From positions 1 through 40,957 of the forward strand of contig QILH01000296.1 in assembly GCA_003233255.1 (NCBI GenBank): a DNA stretch of 40,957 nt, written 5' to 3'. The DNA comes from Gammaproteobacteria bacterium. GTDB lineage: Bacteria; Pseudomonadota; Gammaproteobacteria; UBA6429; Thiohalophilaceae. Of the stretch, positions 9,881 through 19,539 are shown in pieces (position 1 is the stretch's first letter; every line of letters starts with the position of its first letter). Position numbers and translations under genes: made by a program. Under the pieces are notes generated by a model that saw only the letters and a program-made list of their open reading frames with translations, did no database searches and had not been told where the DNA came from.

Positions 9881-9896
9881 TGGCAGGTTTATTGCA
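9881..9896 (+). promoter_or_regulatory. Sigma54-type promoter for flgJKL
   Basis: TGGCAG-GTTTA-TTGCA with GG-N10-GC spacing, 45 nt upstream of the flgJ ATG, inside a 173-nt flgI-flgJ gap. Confidence 0.65.
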
Positions 9897-9940
9897 TTTC
9901 TATTCGTAATAAAGGCTATAGAACATGGAATTTTGTCTCA

Positions 9941-10837
9941 ATGCTAAGTAATAATACGCAATCTGTATATACCGATATTCAAGGCATGGCTCGGCTACGC
10001 ACTCAGGCGCGTAACGATCCTGAAGCCACCTTAAAACAGGTCGCAAAGCATTTTGAAAGTTTATATATGAATATGATGCTAAAAAGTATGCGTGCTGCGA
10101 GCTTTGGCGATCCTAATTTTGATTCCAACAGTAGCACAATGTATCGAGATATGTATGACAGTCAAATGGCATTACAGTTGAGCGAACAGCAAGGTATCGG
10201 GTTAGCGGATATGTTGGTCAAGCAATTACAAAAGAGTATGCCGGCAACCAGCAATGAAAATAAATCTGATAACGTTGAGTTCAATACGATCCCTCAGGGT
10301 ATTACTGCATCTCGGCATAAAACAGGATCTATCGATCCGGATAAATTTAACTCGAAAAATGAGTTTGTAAGTATTTTAATGCCTTATGCTGAGAAAGCGG
10401 CAGATGAATTAGAGGTCGCGCCACAAGTATTAATTGCCCAGGCTGCATTAGAGACAGGTTGGGGGCAACACATGCAGCGTTTACCAAACGGCAAAAGCAG
10501 TTATAACCTGTTTAATATTAAAGCTGGTTCGTCCTGGTCTGGGCCGGAGGTAAACATCAAGGCCCTGGAATACAGGAATGGAATTGCGGAAAAAACGAAT
10601 TCTTCTTTTCGAGTGTATGGCTCATTGCAGGAGAGTTTTGATGATTATGTTCAGTTTATAAAGTCTAACCCTAGATATCAGAACGCCCTGGCTGTTTCAA
10701 ATGATCCGGAGGCCTATACATATGAATTACAAAAAGCGGGTTATGCAACCGATCCAGATTATGCAGAAAAAATTAATAATATTTTTCAGCGAGAAATAAT
10801 TAGTGCGCCGTATTCAGAGTATCTACACGAAGTTTGA
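9941..10837 (+). CDS. flgJ: FlgJ, rod-binding domain plus peptidoglycan hydrolase (glucosaminidase) domain
   Basis: 298 aa. The N-terminal rod-binding motif is VAKHFESLYMNMMLKSMR. The C-terminal muramidase-like region reads AQAALETGWG...YNLFNIKA...GYATDPDYAEKI. Confidence 0.9.
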   Translation: MLSNNTQSVYTDIQGMARLRTQARNDPEATLKQVAKHFESLYMNMMLKSMRAASFGDPNFDSNSSTMYRDMYDSQMALQLSEQQGIGLADMLVKQLQKSMPATSNENKSDNVEFNTIPQGITASRHKTGSIDPDKFNSKNEFVSILMPYAEKAADELEVAPQVLIAQAALETGWGQHMQRLPNGKSSYNLFNIKAGSSWSGPEVNIKALEYRNGIAEKTNSSFRVYGSLQESFDDYVQFIKSNPRYQNALAVSNDPEAYTYELQKAGYATDPDYAEKINNIFQREIISAPYSEYLHEV

Positions 10838-10853
10838 ATCTTGAGGTAATATA

Positions 10854-12968
10854 ATGGCGGGTGGTGATTTATTAGGTATTAGTACTTCAGGGGTGCAGGC
10901 CGCGCAGCGGGCTTTGTCGACCGTGAGTCATAATATCGCTAATTCTTCTACCCCAGGCTACTCTCGCCAGAGGACAGATCTAGATACCCGCTCACCGCAA
11001 TTTGCCGGTAACGGTTCGATTGGTACGGGTGTGGTAGTCAACAGTGTTGATCGGTATTACGATGAATTTCTTACCTCAGAGGTTCGCCATACAAATTCAT
11101 TGAGTAAGTTTCTTGATAAGAGTTATGAGTTTACAACGCAAGTCGATAATCTTTTAGCCGATCCAGAAGCAGGTCTGGCGCCGGCCTTGTCTGAATTTTT
11201 TGATTCGGTCAATGGGGTGGCAAATGAACCCACCTCTAATGCTTCTCGTCAGGTTCTATTGAGCACTTCACGAAATCTGTCTGATCGATTTGCTTTTTTA
11301 AACGAACGCTTTGAATCGCTTCGTAAGGGCGTTAATCAGGATATGAAGGGTATGGTTGGCCAGGTAAATCAGCTTGCCAAAGGTATAGCAGAATTAAATA
11401 ATACCATCGTCAGAGCTCGTGAGGTTACCGATAAACCGGCAAATGATTTGCTGGATCAACGGGATAGACTGGTTCAGGAACTATCAGGCTTGATCAATGT
11501 ACGTACCACTATTCAGGATGATGATCGTATGAACGTTTTTATCGGTAATGGACAAACGCTTGTTATTGCTGATGTATATGAAGAATTAGGGACAAAGCTG
11601 AATGAGTATGATCCTTCTCAGCTTGATGTGATATTTAAAGGCAGCGGCCAGGAAATAGTGATAAATCAATTTCTCTCGGGTGGAGAGCTCGGCGGATTAA
11701 TTAAATTTAGAAAAGAAATTCTCGCGCCAGCACAAAATGAGCTAGGTCGGATAGCGATCGGTATTACCCAGTCATTTAATAATCAACATCGCCTTGGGAT
11801 GACGATGAATAATGAACTGGGTGGAAATTATTTCCGTCCAATTGACCTGAATGCGGCACTGGTTTTACCCAGCAATACGAATCGGGGTGACTTAAGAATT
11901 AACTCAGAAATTGTTGATACTAATAAATTGACGACCAGCAATTATCAGTTAACCTACAAAAATGGCCAATATGAATTATTACGTCTGGATGATGCGAAGG
12001 TAATCGGTCAATTTACCAGTTTACCTCATGAGATAGAAACCGATGGGTTCAAATTAACAATGGATGTGGGTGCGATAAAGGACGGTGATCGTTATATTAT
12101 TCAGCCGACTCGACGGTCAGCCGATATTTTTTCTGTTGCTATCAATACGGTTGATGAGATAGCTGCGTCAACCCCCATACGGGCCGAGGCGGATATTAAT
12201 AATCTGGGAAATGCCGATATTGAGATTACTCAAATCACCGATGTTGATAATACGGCCTTTAACGGTGCACCCGGCAAATTAAGCCCACCATACGTTATTC
12301 GATTTATCGATGAGAAAAATTTTGAAATATTAGATAATTCGGGTAAAGCGATTACTATCAAACAGGCAGCAACCGCGGATGATCCAGCGATTAATTTAAA
12401 TCAGTCACGTGGAACCGGTACAGATAATGCTGACAGTGAAACAGTAGGCAAGGAAAAACATGATCGAGATGACAAACAAAATACCGCCGGAGGCTTGTCA
12501 AAAGTTGAAACGGCGATAGCCTACGATCCTGGTACCGGAGCCACGATATTCCCGACACCTGGCGGCGTTGATCGCGGTATGCATATCCGTATCGATGGTA
12601 AACCAAAAACAGGGGACATGTTCAGAATAGAATATAACAAGGATGGTATAAGCGATAATAAAAACGCCCTTGCTCTAGCTGCGTTACAGACTAAACCTAC
12701 CTTGCTTAATGGTACTTCTGATTATGCACAGACTTATGGTCAACTGGTTTCCAGAGTAGGTAGTCGAACTCATGAGCTGGATATTAATCGCCAGGCGCAA
12801 ATGTTATTGCTCAATCAGGCCGTTGCATCGAAAGAGGAAATGTCTGGAGTGAACCTGGATGAAGAAGCAGCTGAAATGATACGCTATCAAAATATGTATC
12901 AGGCCAATGCGAAAGTCATTGCTGCTGCCAATCAAACCTTTCAAATCCTTATGGATGCATTCCGCTAA
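10854..12968 (+). CDS. flgK: Hook-filament junction protein FlgK (HAP1)
   Basis: 704 aa. N-terminus TVSHNIANSSTPGYSRQ and C-terminus GVNLDEEAAEMIRYQNMYQANAKVI. Long central insert. Confidence 0.9.
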   Translation: MAGGDLLGISTSGVQAAQRALSTVSHNIANSSTPGYSRQRTDLDTRSPQFAGNGSIGTGVVVNSVDRYYDEFLTSEVRHTNSLSKFLDKSYEFTTQVDNLLADPEAGLAPALSEFFDSVNGVANEPTSNASRQVLLSTSRNLSDRFAFLNERFESLRKGVNQDMKGMVGQVNQLAKGIAELNNTIVRAREVTDKPANDLLDQRDRLVQELSGLINVRTTIQDDDRMNVFIGNGQTLVIADVYEELGTKLNEYDPSQLDVIFKGSGQEIVINQFLSGGELGGLIKFRKEILAPAQNELGRIAIGITQSFNNQHRLGMTMNNELGGNYFRPIDLNAALVLPSNTNRGDLRINSEIVDTNKLTTSNYQLTYKNGQYELLRLDDAKVIGQFTSLPHEIETDGFKLTMDVGAIKDGDRYIIQPTRRSADIFSVAINTVDEIAASTPIRAEADINNLGNADIEITQITDVDNTAFNGAPGKLSPPYVIRFIDEKNFEILDNSGKAITIKQAATADDPAINLNQSRGTGTDNADSETVGKEKHDRDDKQNTAGGLSKVETAIAYDPGTGATIFPTPGGVDRGMHIRIDGKPKTGDMFRIEYNKDGISDNKNALALAALQTKPTLLNGTSDYAQTYGQLVSRVGSRTHELDINRQAQMLLLNQAVASKEEMSGVNLDEEAAEMIRYQNMYQANAKVIAAANQTFQILMDAFR

Positions 12969-14194
12969 TGGCGTTACGAGTGTCAACAAACCAGTTTCAT
13001 AAAGTAGCGGTTGATTCCATGCTGGAACAACAGGCGAAGCTGAGTAAGGTTCAACAGCAAGTTGCGACAGGTCGTAAAATTCATCTACCATCCGATGATC
13101 CGGTCGCTTCTGCAAAGATAGTCAAGTTAAATGATATTTTAAAATCATCTGATCAATTTCAATCGAATATTGTTGCCGCACGGGCAAGGTTAACACTCGA
13201 AGAAAGTGCCTTAGCCGATGTGGTCGAGGTTTATCATCGAGTCAGAGAGTTAACGATACAGGCAAATAATGCCAGTCAAACAAACGAAACACGTTCATTT
13301 ATTGCTGAAGAGATATCTCAATTATTAGAAGAAGTTGTAGGTCTTGCCAATGCGGCGGATAGTAATGGTGAATTTTTATTCTCTGGTAATAAAGGTAAAT
13401 TCAAGCCGTTCGCAAAAAACAGCACGGGCGGTTATGACTACAGTGGCGATGACGGGCAGCGATCAATTCAGATCGGGCCACGTCGAAAGGTAGCTATTAA
13501 TGATTCTGGCAGTGATGTGTTTCGAGAAATACGAGATGGTAATGGTAAATTTAATATATTAGAAGGTAAATTAAATAAAGGCAGTGGAGTGACTGATCCT
13601 GGTACGGTTACCGGGAATTATGATATGGGAACCTATGCCATTCTGTTTGATAGAAAAGAAAGCATTAATCCAGAAGAGCCGATGACATATGCGGTGGTTG
13701 ACGATAAAGGGAAAGAAGTTTTACCGGCGGGACAAAAGTATATCGAAGGTGCTTCAATTGAATTCTCTGGAGTCAATACGTTTATCAAAGGGAACCCAGA
13801 ACCTGGCGACTATTTTGTTGTCAGGCCGAGTTTTCATCAGGATATTTTTACCACCCTGGATAATTTTGTCATACAATTAAAAAAGGGGCATGGAACGGAT
13901 GCGGGCCAGGCAAAATTAAATAATGCGGTAAACCGATTGCTGGTTTCTATCGATCAGGCTTTAGGTAAGGTATTAGAAATTCGGGCTAATGTCGGAGCAC
14001 GTTTAAATGCGCTGGAAAGTCAGGAAAATATCAATGAGTCAGTTAAGATTCAGGTGAAGACGATTCTGTCTGACGTAGAGGACCTCGATTATGGTCAGGC
14101 GGTAAGTGAACTTAATCTAAAGTTAACCGGGTTACAGGCGTCACAGAAGGCTTTTACCCGAGTGCAGGATATTTCTTTATTCGATTATATTTAA
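12968..14194 (+). CDS. flgL: Hook-filament junction protein FlgL (HAP3)
   Basis: 408 aa. Flagellin-like N-terminus (MALRVSTNQF..) and C-terminal DYGQAVSELNLKLTGLQASQKAF. Its ATG overlaps the flgK stop (TAATG). Confidence 0.9.
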   Translation: MALRVSTNQFHKVAVDSMLEQQAKLSKVQQQVATGRKIHLPSDDPVASAKIVKLNDILKSSDQFQSNIVAARARLTLEESALADVVEVYHRVRELTIQANNASQTNETRSFIAEEISQLLEEVVGLANAADSNGEFLFSGNKGKFKPFAKNSTGGYDYSGDDGQRSIQIGPRRKVAINDSGSDVFREIRDGNGKFNILEGKLNKGSGVTDPGTVTGNYDMGTYAILFDRKESINPEEPMTYAVVDDKGKEVLPAGQKYIEGASIEFSGVNTFIKGNPEPGDYFVVRPSFHQDIFTTLDNFVIQLKKGHGTDAGQAKLNNAVNRLLVSIDQALGKVLEIRANVGARLNALESQENINESVKIQVKTILSDVEDLDYGQAVSELNLKLTGLQASQKAFTRVQDISLFDYI

Positions 14195-14605
14195 TTATTT
14201 CTGTCCATGATTTATAGCCTTGATGCCCAGATACTATTACTAAACCTGGATCGGCTAGCCGTTTTTCAGGCGCAATGGTTAGTGTTGAGATTATAGTGAA
14301 TTAACTACAAAAACTGGCGCTATAATGGATTCAATTCATAAAATCGTCCTGAGCACCGTTGCGATATAAATTTATGGTTAAAAATAGTCGTGGGGCGATA
14401 TAATGGCTATTTTCAATAAAAACAACAACTTAAAATATGCCGGGCCGGCAATTATTTTCCGCATTGTCTATAAAGAAGCCATGATCCGGGACGCTAGTGA
14501 TCCACGGGAGCGGTGATTACGCCTTGTGCGTATGTCCGCTAAAGTTGGATTCTCAATTCGGGTTATAACTGATTGAGATAAAGTTCGAAGAGGAGCATAA
14601 GCGTC

Positions 14606-16075
14606 ATGCCTCAAGTCATTAATACAAACATTATGTCGCTCAATTCGCAACGTAATTTGAACACCTCGCAAGAGGCGTTACAAACTTCCTTGCAGCGTCT
14701 GTCATCTGGTTTACGAATTAATAGTGCCAAAGACGATGCAGCAGGACTTGCGATTTCTGAGCGTTTTACTTCACAGATTCGTGGTTTGAATCAAGCAGTA
14801 CGAAACGCCAATGACGGTATTTCACTTGCGCAAACAGCAGAAGGTGCACTGGCGGAGTCTGGTAACATTCTGCAACGGATTCGTGAATTGTCTGTGCAAT
14901 CAGCCAATGCCACGAACTCGGCGTCTGATCGCCAGGCCCTACAGGCTGAAGTGGGTCAGTTGGTGCAGGAACTGGATCGAATTGCCACTAACACGGAATT
15001 CAATGGACAGAAATTACTGGACGGTACGTTTGGTACGGCGGTATTCCAGGTCGGTGCGAATGCGAATCAGACGATTCAAACGACCACCAATAACTTTCGT
15101 ATTGGGCAATTTGGTAACCACCGCATCGAAGGTGTTGAATCTTCAGCCGGTGCAACCAATCGTTATGCACAAGGTGACTCGCTGACCATTGCGGGTAATC
15201 TGGGCACTCGCACGATAGCTGTTGATCCGGAGTCAAATGCCAAAGCAGTGGCTTCAGCAATTGATGCAAAAAGTAATGAAACCGGTGTCAGTGCCTTTGC
15301 GAAAACTGAAATCGGTTTGTCTTTCAGTGCGGCAGGTGCTTATACGGTTGATGTGCAATCGGATAATAAGGACTTTCAGTCTATTTCCTTTACCCTGGCA
15401 GGTACCGAAGGAAATGATGGTCTGTCTGCTGCGGTTACTGCGTTTAATGATATTGCTTCTAAAACAGGGGTTACTGCCCGTTTAAGTGGTGATAGCAAAA
15501 CGGTTATTTTAACCAATGCGACGGGTAATAACATCACCATGCGCGATACGGTTAATTCTAACTCTGGCGATGTGATGATTGGTGGTGGATCACCAGGATC
15601 AGACGGAGCATCTGCTGGTGGTGGTACTGTGTTAGGTGCAAACGGTGCTGTTGATACGGCAGTGGTTGTTGGGCAAGTTATCTTTGACTCCGACAAATCA
15701 TTTGGTGTATCTGGTATTGGTGGTGCAACCAACATAATGGCTCAGGAAGCATCTGAATTGAATGCAGTTCAAGCTCTGGATGTGGGTACCGTTGCGGGTG
15801 CCAACCTTTCGCTTGCGATTGTTGATTCAGCATTAAATACAGTGAATTCACAACGGGCAAAATTTGGTGCGATACAAAGCCGCTTTGGTTCTACCATTGC
15901 TAACTTGTCGACCAATGCTGAGAACCTGACGGCTGCGCGTTCACGAATTCGTGATGCTGACTTTGCAATGGAAACTGCAGAATTAACACGGAATCAAATT
16001 CTGCAACAAGCCGGTGTGGCCATGCTTGCGCAAGCAAACGTTGCTCCACAGAGCGTCTTGTCGTTGCTGCAGTAA
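14606..16075 (+). CDS. fliC: Flagellin
   Basis: 489 aa. Canonical D0/D1 termini ([40 protein letters not shown]; ..[34 protein letters not shown]) flank a variable Gly/Ser/Thr-rich centre. AGAGGAG RBS. Confidence 0.95.
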   Translation: MPQVINTNIMSLNSQRNLNTSQEALQTSLQRLSSGLRINSAKDDAAGLAISERFTSQIRGLNQAVRNANDGISLAQTAEGALAESGNILQRIRELSVQSANATNSASDRQALQAEVGQLVQELDRIATNTEFNGQKLLDGTFGTAVFQVGANANQTIQTTTNNFRIGQFGNHRIEGVESSAGATNRYAQGDSLTIAGNLGTRTIAVDPESNAKAVASAIDAKSNETGVSAFAKTEIGLSFSAAGAYTVDVQSDNKDFQSISFTLAGTEGNDGLSAAVTAFNDIASKTGVTARLSGDSKTVILTNATGNNITMRDTVNSNSGDVMIGGGSPGSDGASAGGGTVLGANGAVDTAVVVGQVIFDSDKSFGVSGIGGATNIMAQEASELNAVQALDVGTVAGANLSLAIVDSALNTVNSQRAKFGAIQSRFGSTIANLSTNAENLTAARSRIRDADFAMETAELTRNQILQQAGVAMLAQANVAPQSVLSLLQ

Positions 16076-16134
16076 GTGTGAGAGTGGAACGTGCGAAGTA
16101 ATGAAACGTTCCCATTACCAATAGAGGTGCTGAT

Positions 16135-16560
16135 ATGGATAATGAAACCATGGCGCAAATAACCTCGCTGGTAAACACGCGAAGCAACGGCAGTGAGATT
16201 AGTGTTACTCGGATCAAGGACGTTGATGTTGCGGCAGTGAAGCCAACCAGGATGGATGCAGCAACGAGTCTGGCGCAGGCGCGAGAGGCGTCTGCTGAAC
16301 AGATTAAGGTCTCACGAGAGTCGTTCGAAAGGGTTGTCAGCGAGTTGGAATCTTTTGTACAGAATTCACAACGCAACCTGGATTTTCATATTGATGATAA
16401 GACAGGGCGAGTTATCGTAAGTGTGGTGGATTCGACAAATGACTCGGTAATACGGCAAATTCCTTCCGAAGAGATGCTGGTACTATCGCATCGTATTCAA
16501 GAATACATGGATGACCATCAATTAGATATGAAAGGGATGTTATTGGAGTTAAAAGCTTAG
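16135..16560 (+). CDS. flaG: Flagellar protein FlaG
   Basis: 141 aa. LDFHIDDKTGRVIVSVVDSTNDSVIRQIPSEEML is the FlaG family core. Position is fliC-flaG-fliD. Confidence 0.8.
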   Translation: MDNETMAQITSLVNTRSNGSEISVTRIKDVDVAAVKPTRMDAATSLAQAREASAEQIKVSRESFERVVSELESFVQNSQRNLDFHIDDKTGRVIVSVVDSTNDSVIRQIPSEEMLVLSHRIQEYMDDHQLDMKGMLLELKA

Positions 16561-16563
16561 GAT

Positions 16564-16579
16564 TGGCATTGGAATTGCA
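16564..16579 (+). promoter_or_regulatory. Sigma54-type promoter for fliD-fliS-(fliT)
   Basis: TGGCAT-TGGAA-TTGCA with GG-N10-GC spacing, 70 nt upstream of the fliD ATG. Confidence 0.7.
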
Positions 16580-16593
16580 AATTACCCGGTAAG

Positions 16594-16619
16594 GCCGGCC
16601 CCGAATTGGCGGGGTCGGC
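16594..16619 (+). other. GC-rich stem-loop in the predicted fliD leader
   Basis: GCCGGCCCCG-aattgg-CGGGGTCGGC forms a 10-bp stem (one G.U pair) with a 6-nt loop. It lies between the sigma54 promoter and the fliD RBS. No T-tract follows, so it is not a typical terminator. Confidence 0.4.
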
Positions 16620-16648
16620 GATCTCGAATATTGTCACTGAGGAGCGGT

Positions 16649-18667
16649 ATGCAAGGCATCAATCCAACCGGGCTCGGCGGTTCCAGCCTTGATGTGGAAG
16701 GACTCGTCGATCAGTTAGTGACGGCAGAGGGCGCACCAGCCAGGAACCGACTGGATCGGCAAGAGGTTGAGACCCAGTCCAGTATTTCAGCGTTTGGTAT
16801 TTTTCGCGGCGCCTTATCCGATTTTCAGACCTCACTTGAAGGCTTACGGTCAAGTCAGGATTTTAACAAGATATCGACGGTCTCGTCAGATGAAGAAAAA
16901 ATCACACTGGTTGCCAATAACGAAGCTCAGGCAGGTGCCTATTCAGTAGAAGTTGAGCAATTGGCCCAGTCACACCGCCTGACTTCAAAGGCATTTAATT
17001 CTGAACTGGAGGCTATCGGTACCGGTAATCTAAGTTTCCAGTTTGGTCGCGTCGATTCTAATAGTGGGCAATTTATTAGTAATAATCAGGCAACGATTAA
17101 AAATATTAAAATAAGCGATGAAAATAATTCATTATTAGGGATTGCTCAGGTTATTAACCAGGCCGATTTTGGGATCCGGGCATCCATCATTAACGATGGC
17201 AAAGGCCATCGTCTGGCTTTATCGACCGAAGCCACAGGCGAGATAAACAGTCTACGTTTAGTGGTTACCGATCAGGACGGACGAATGAATGATGCTACTG
17301 GCCTGTCGAGATTGTCCTATGACCCAACCCAACCCAATACGATGAATATGATTGAAACTGCCAGGGCGCAGGACGCCGTGGTGTTACTGGATGGTATCCG
17401 AATAAATAATGCTTCAAATACAATTTCAGAGGCGGTGAAAGGGATTTCAATTGATATCAATGCACTGACCGATAAGCCGGTATTATTAACCGCAGAGTTT
17501 GATGTTGCTGCGGTGCAGGAAAGCATTCAGTTTTTTGTTGCCTCGTATAATGAAATTGTGAATACCATTCAGAGTGTGTCCGGTCTTGATCCTGAAACCG
17601 GTGTATCTGGGCCATTGGCGGGTGATTCCTCAGTGCGTGGTTTGGCGGAGCAAATACGGCGTGTCATAGGCGCATCCTTTAATGGCGTTAACGAAGATCA
17701 CGGTTCGTTAGCGAGTATTGGAATTGAGACGGAACGTAACGGTAGTCTGGTGGTTAATGAAGGTAAATTGCGTACGGCTATCGAAGATGAGCTGCAACAG
17801 GTTACCAAGTTGTTTTCACGTGCGGGCGCCACCAGTGATCCGCTGATTCGATATGTTTCCGCAGACGAAGATGCCAGAATGGGCACGCATGACATTACCA
17901 TAACCCAGTTAGCTAGAAAAGGTACCTACATCGGACGTGATATTGGGCAAAATGATTCATTCACCGTGCCGGCGGGAGAAAACGCTCTGGTGTTACGGGT
18001 TGATGGTGTGACCAGTTCAAAAGTGACGATACCTGCCGCCGTCTATGCGAGTGGTGCGCTATTAGCTGAGGCCTTACAGGGACAAATTAATAAAGATGAA
18101 GTATTCCGACGCGAAGATGTGTCTGTGTCGGTCAGCTATGTGGCAGGTCAGATGGTGATCACCTCAAATCGTTTAGGTGGACAATCACGGGTTGATGTGA
18201 TTTCAGCTGATAATAGCATTAAAGATTTAGGAATTGATCCCGCTGAGGGTATAGCAGGAGAAAATATAGCCGGACGTATAGGACGTTTTGGTGCTGAAGC
18301 CCAGGGCCAGATACTAACCGGTATGGGGGATGCGCAGGGAATCAAAATTGAGGTGATCGGAGGTAAGGAAGGAAACAGAGGCAATGTTTCTTTCTCGATG
18401 GGCGTAGCTGAGCAGCTGAGTAAAACGCTGGATCGTTACATTGGTAACCAGGGTGTTTTACAAACTCGCTCAGAAGGACTAAATCGGCGCATTGAAGATA
18501 TTAATCAACAGCGTGAACAGCTGGCTCGACGGTTAGAGACATCTGAGAAGCGATTAATGAAACAGTTTTCATCATTGGATGCCACTCTGGGGAAGATGAG
18601 AAGCACGAGTAATTTTTTATCAAGCCGATTAGCCGCATTACCGGGCGCGAGAGAAAGTAATAACTAG
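16649..18667 (+). CDS. fliD: Filament cap protein FliD (HAP2)
   Basis: ATG at 16649 with GAGGAG 5 nt upstream (the tracked TTG at 16631 is unlikely). N-terminus GLGGSSLDVEGLVDQLVTAEGAP and a C-terminal coiled coil. Confidence 0.9.
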   Translation: MQGINPTGLGGSSLDVEGLVDQLVTAEGAPARNRLDRQEVETQSSISAFGIFRGALSDFQTSLEGLRSSQDFNKISTVSSDEEKITLVANNEAQAGAYSVEVEQLAQSHRLTSKAFNSELEAIGTGNLSFQFGRVDSNSGQFISNNQATIKNIKISDENNSLLGIAQVINQADFGIRASIINDGKGHRLALSTEATGEINSLRLVVTDQDGRMNDATGLSRLSYDPTQPNTMNMIETARAQDAVVLLDGIRINNASNTISEAVKGISIDINALTDKPVLLTAEFDVAAVQESIQFFVASYNEIVNTIQSVSGLDPETGVSGPLAGDSSVRGLAEQIRRVIGASFNGVNEDHGSLASIGIETERNGSLVVNEGKLRTAIEDELQQVTKLFSRAGATSDPLIRYVSADEDARMGTHDITITQLARKGTYIGRDIGQNDSFTVPAGENALVLRVDGVTSSKVTIPAAVYASGALLAEALQGQINKDEVFRREDVSVSVSYVAGQMVITSNRLGGQSRVDVISADNSIKDLGIDPAEGIAGENIAGRIGRFGAEAQGQILTGMGDAQGIKIEVIGGKEGNRGNVSFSMGVAEQLSKTLDRYIGNQGVLQTRSEGLNRRIEDINQQREQLARRLETSEKRLMKQFSSLDATLGKMRSTSNFLSSRLAALPGARESNN

Positions 18668-18719
18668 TGAATGAATTTAGAAAATGTAATGATTATGCAC
18701 TAAGCAGTTGGAGTATGTT

Positions 18720-19124
18720 ATGAACATGTCAAAATTACACAGCGCAGTAAATGAATATAGTCAGGTCGGTGTAGCGTCGGGCGTTGAACAGGCCAGTCCG
18801 CATAGATTGATTCAGATGTTGATGGATGGGGCCATTGGAAAAGTTGCGATGGCAAAAGGCTTCATGGAACGAAATGAGATTTCACAAAAGGGGGCGCATA
18901 TTAGCTGGGCAATCTCTATTATTGAAGGCTTGCGCGCTTCACTGGATAAAAATGCCGGTGGTGAAATAGCCGATAATCTCGATGATTTATATGATTACAT
19001 GATTCGCAGATTGATACGGTCAAACTCAGAAAACAATCCCGACTTGCTTGATGAAGTCGTATCGTTGTTGCGCTCAGTTAAAAGTGCCTGGGACGAACTC
19101 CCTGCTATTGCAAATATGAAATAA
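18720..19124 (+). CDS. fliS: Flagellin-specific export chaperone FliS
   Basis: The core ASPHRLIQMLMDGAIGKVAMAK...AISIIEGLRASLD is FliS-like. The ATG at 18720 follows GGAG; the tracked TTG at 18708 is less likely. Confidence 0.9.
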   Translation: MNMSKLHSAVNEYSQVGVASGVEQASPHRLIQMLMDGAIGKVAMAKGFMERNEISQKGAHISWAISIIEGLRASLDKNAGGEIADNLDDLYDYMIRRLIRSNSENNPDLLDEVVSLLRSVKSAWDELPAIANMK

Positions 19125-19129
19125 TTAAA

Positions 19130-19459
19130 ATGGATATCAAATATATTTCTTTAAGGCGTAGTGCCGAGAAAATATTGCGACTTTCAAGGAGCATGTTACA
19201 GCAGGCGATCGACAGGCAATGGGATCAGTTAGCCTGCTTAGAAGTTGATCGTGGAAGGGCATTAAATCATTTATTTGATCATCCTGATATCAAACAATGT
19301 TTACCGATGTTGTCAGATATATTATATGAGGTTTTAGAAGTCGATCGGGAGTGTATACAGATCACTGAAAAAGAACGGTTTACGTTATTGCAGAACCTTC
19401 ACCACCAAAGTACGCAGGACAGGGCTGTAAATCTTTATCGAAATAACGCTCCCGGATAA
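19130..19459 (+). CDS. Small helical protein, FliT-like by position (putative FliD chaperone)
   Basis: 109 aa, predicted helical, directly after fliS where fliT or fliS-paralog genes lie. No diagnostic motif that I can verify by eye. Confidence 0.4.
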   Translation: MDIKYISLRRSAEKILRLSRSMLQQAIDRQWDQLACLEVDRGRALNHLFDHPDIKQCLPMLSDILYEVLEVDRECIQITEKERFTLLQNLHHQSTQDRAVNLYRNNAPG

Positions 19460-19539
19460 TACGCGTGATCGATTTTTATCGGTAATATCTCGCCATTGTA
19501 CTATTATTTATATATTCTCAAATTGAAAAGTAAATTCCC

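Noticed and set aside
14539-14567. TAAAGTTG at 14540-14547 as the -35 box of a sigma28 promoter for fliC.
   Set aside because: The sequence at the correct spacing (CGGGTTAT) matches the -10 consensus in only 3/8 positions. The TAAAG more likely belongs to a -10-like TCCGCTAA, which is itself uncertain.
16086-16112. Inverted repeat GGAACGT-N13-ACGTTCC after fliC as a terminator.
   Set aside because: It has only a 7-bp stem, a large loop and no T-tract. At best it is a weak attenuator between fliC and flaG.
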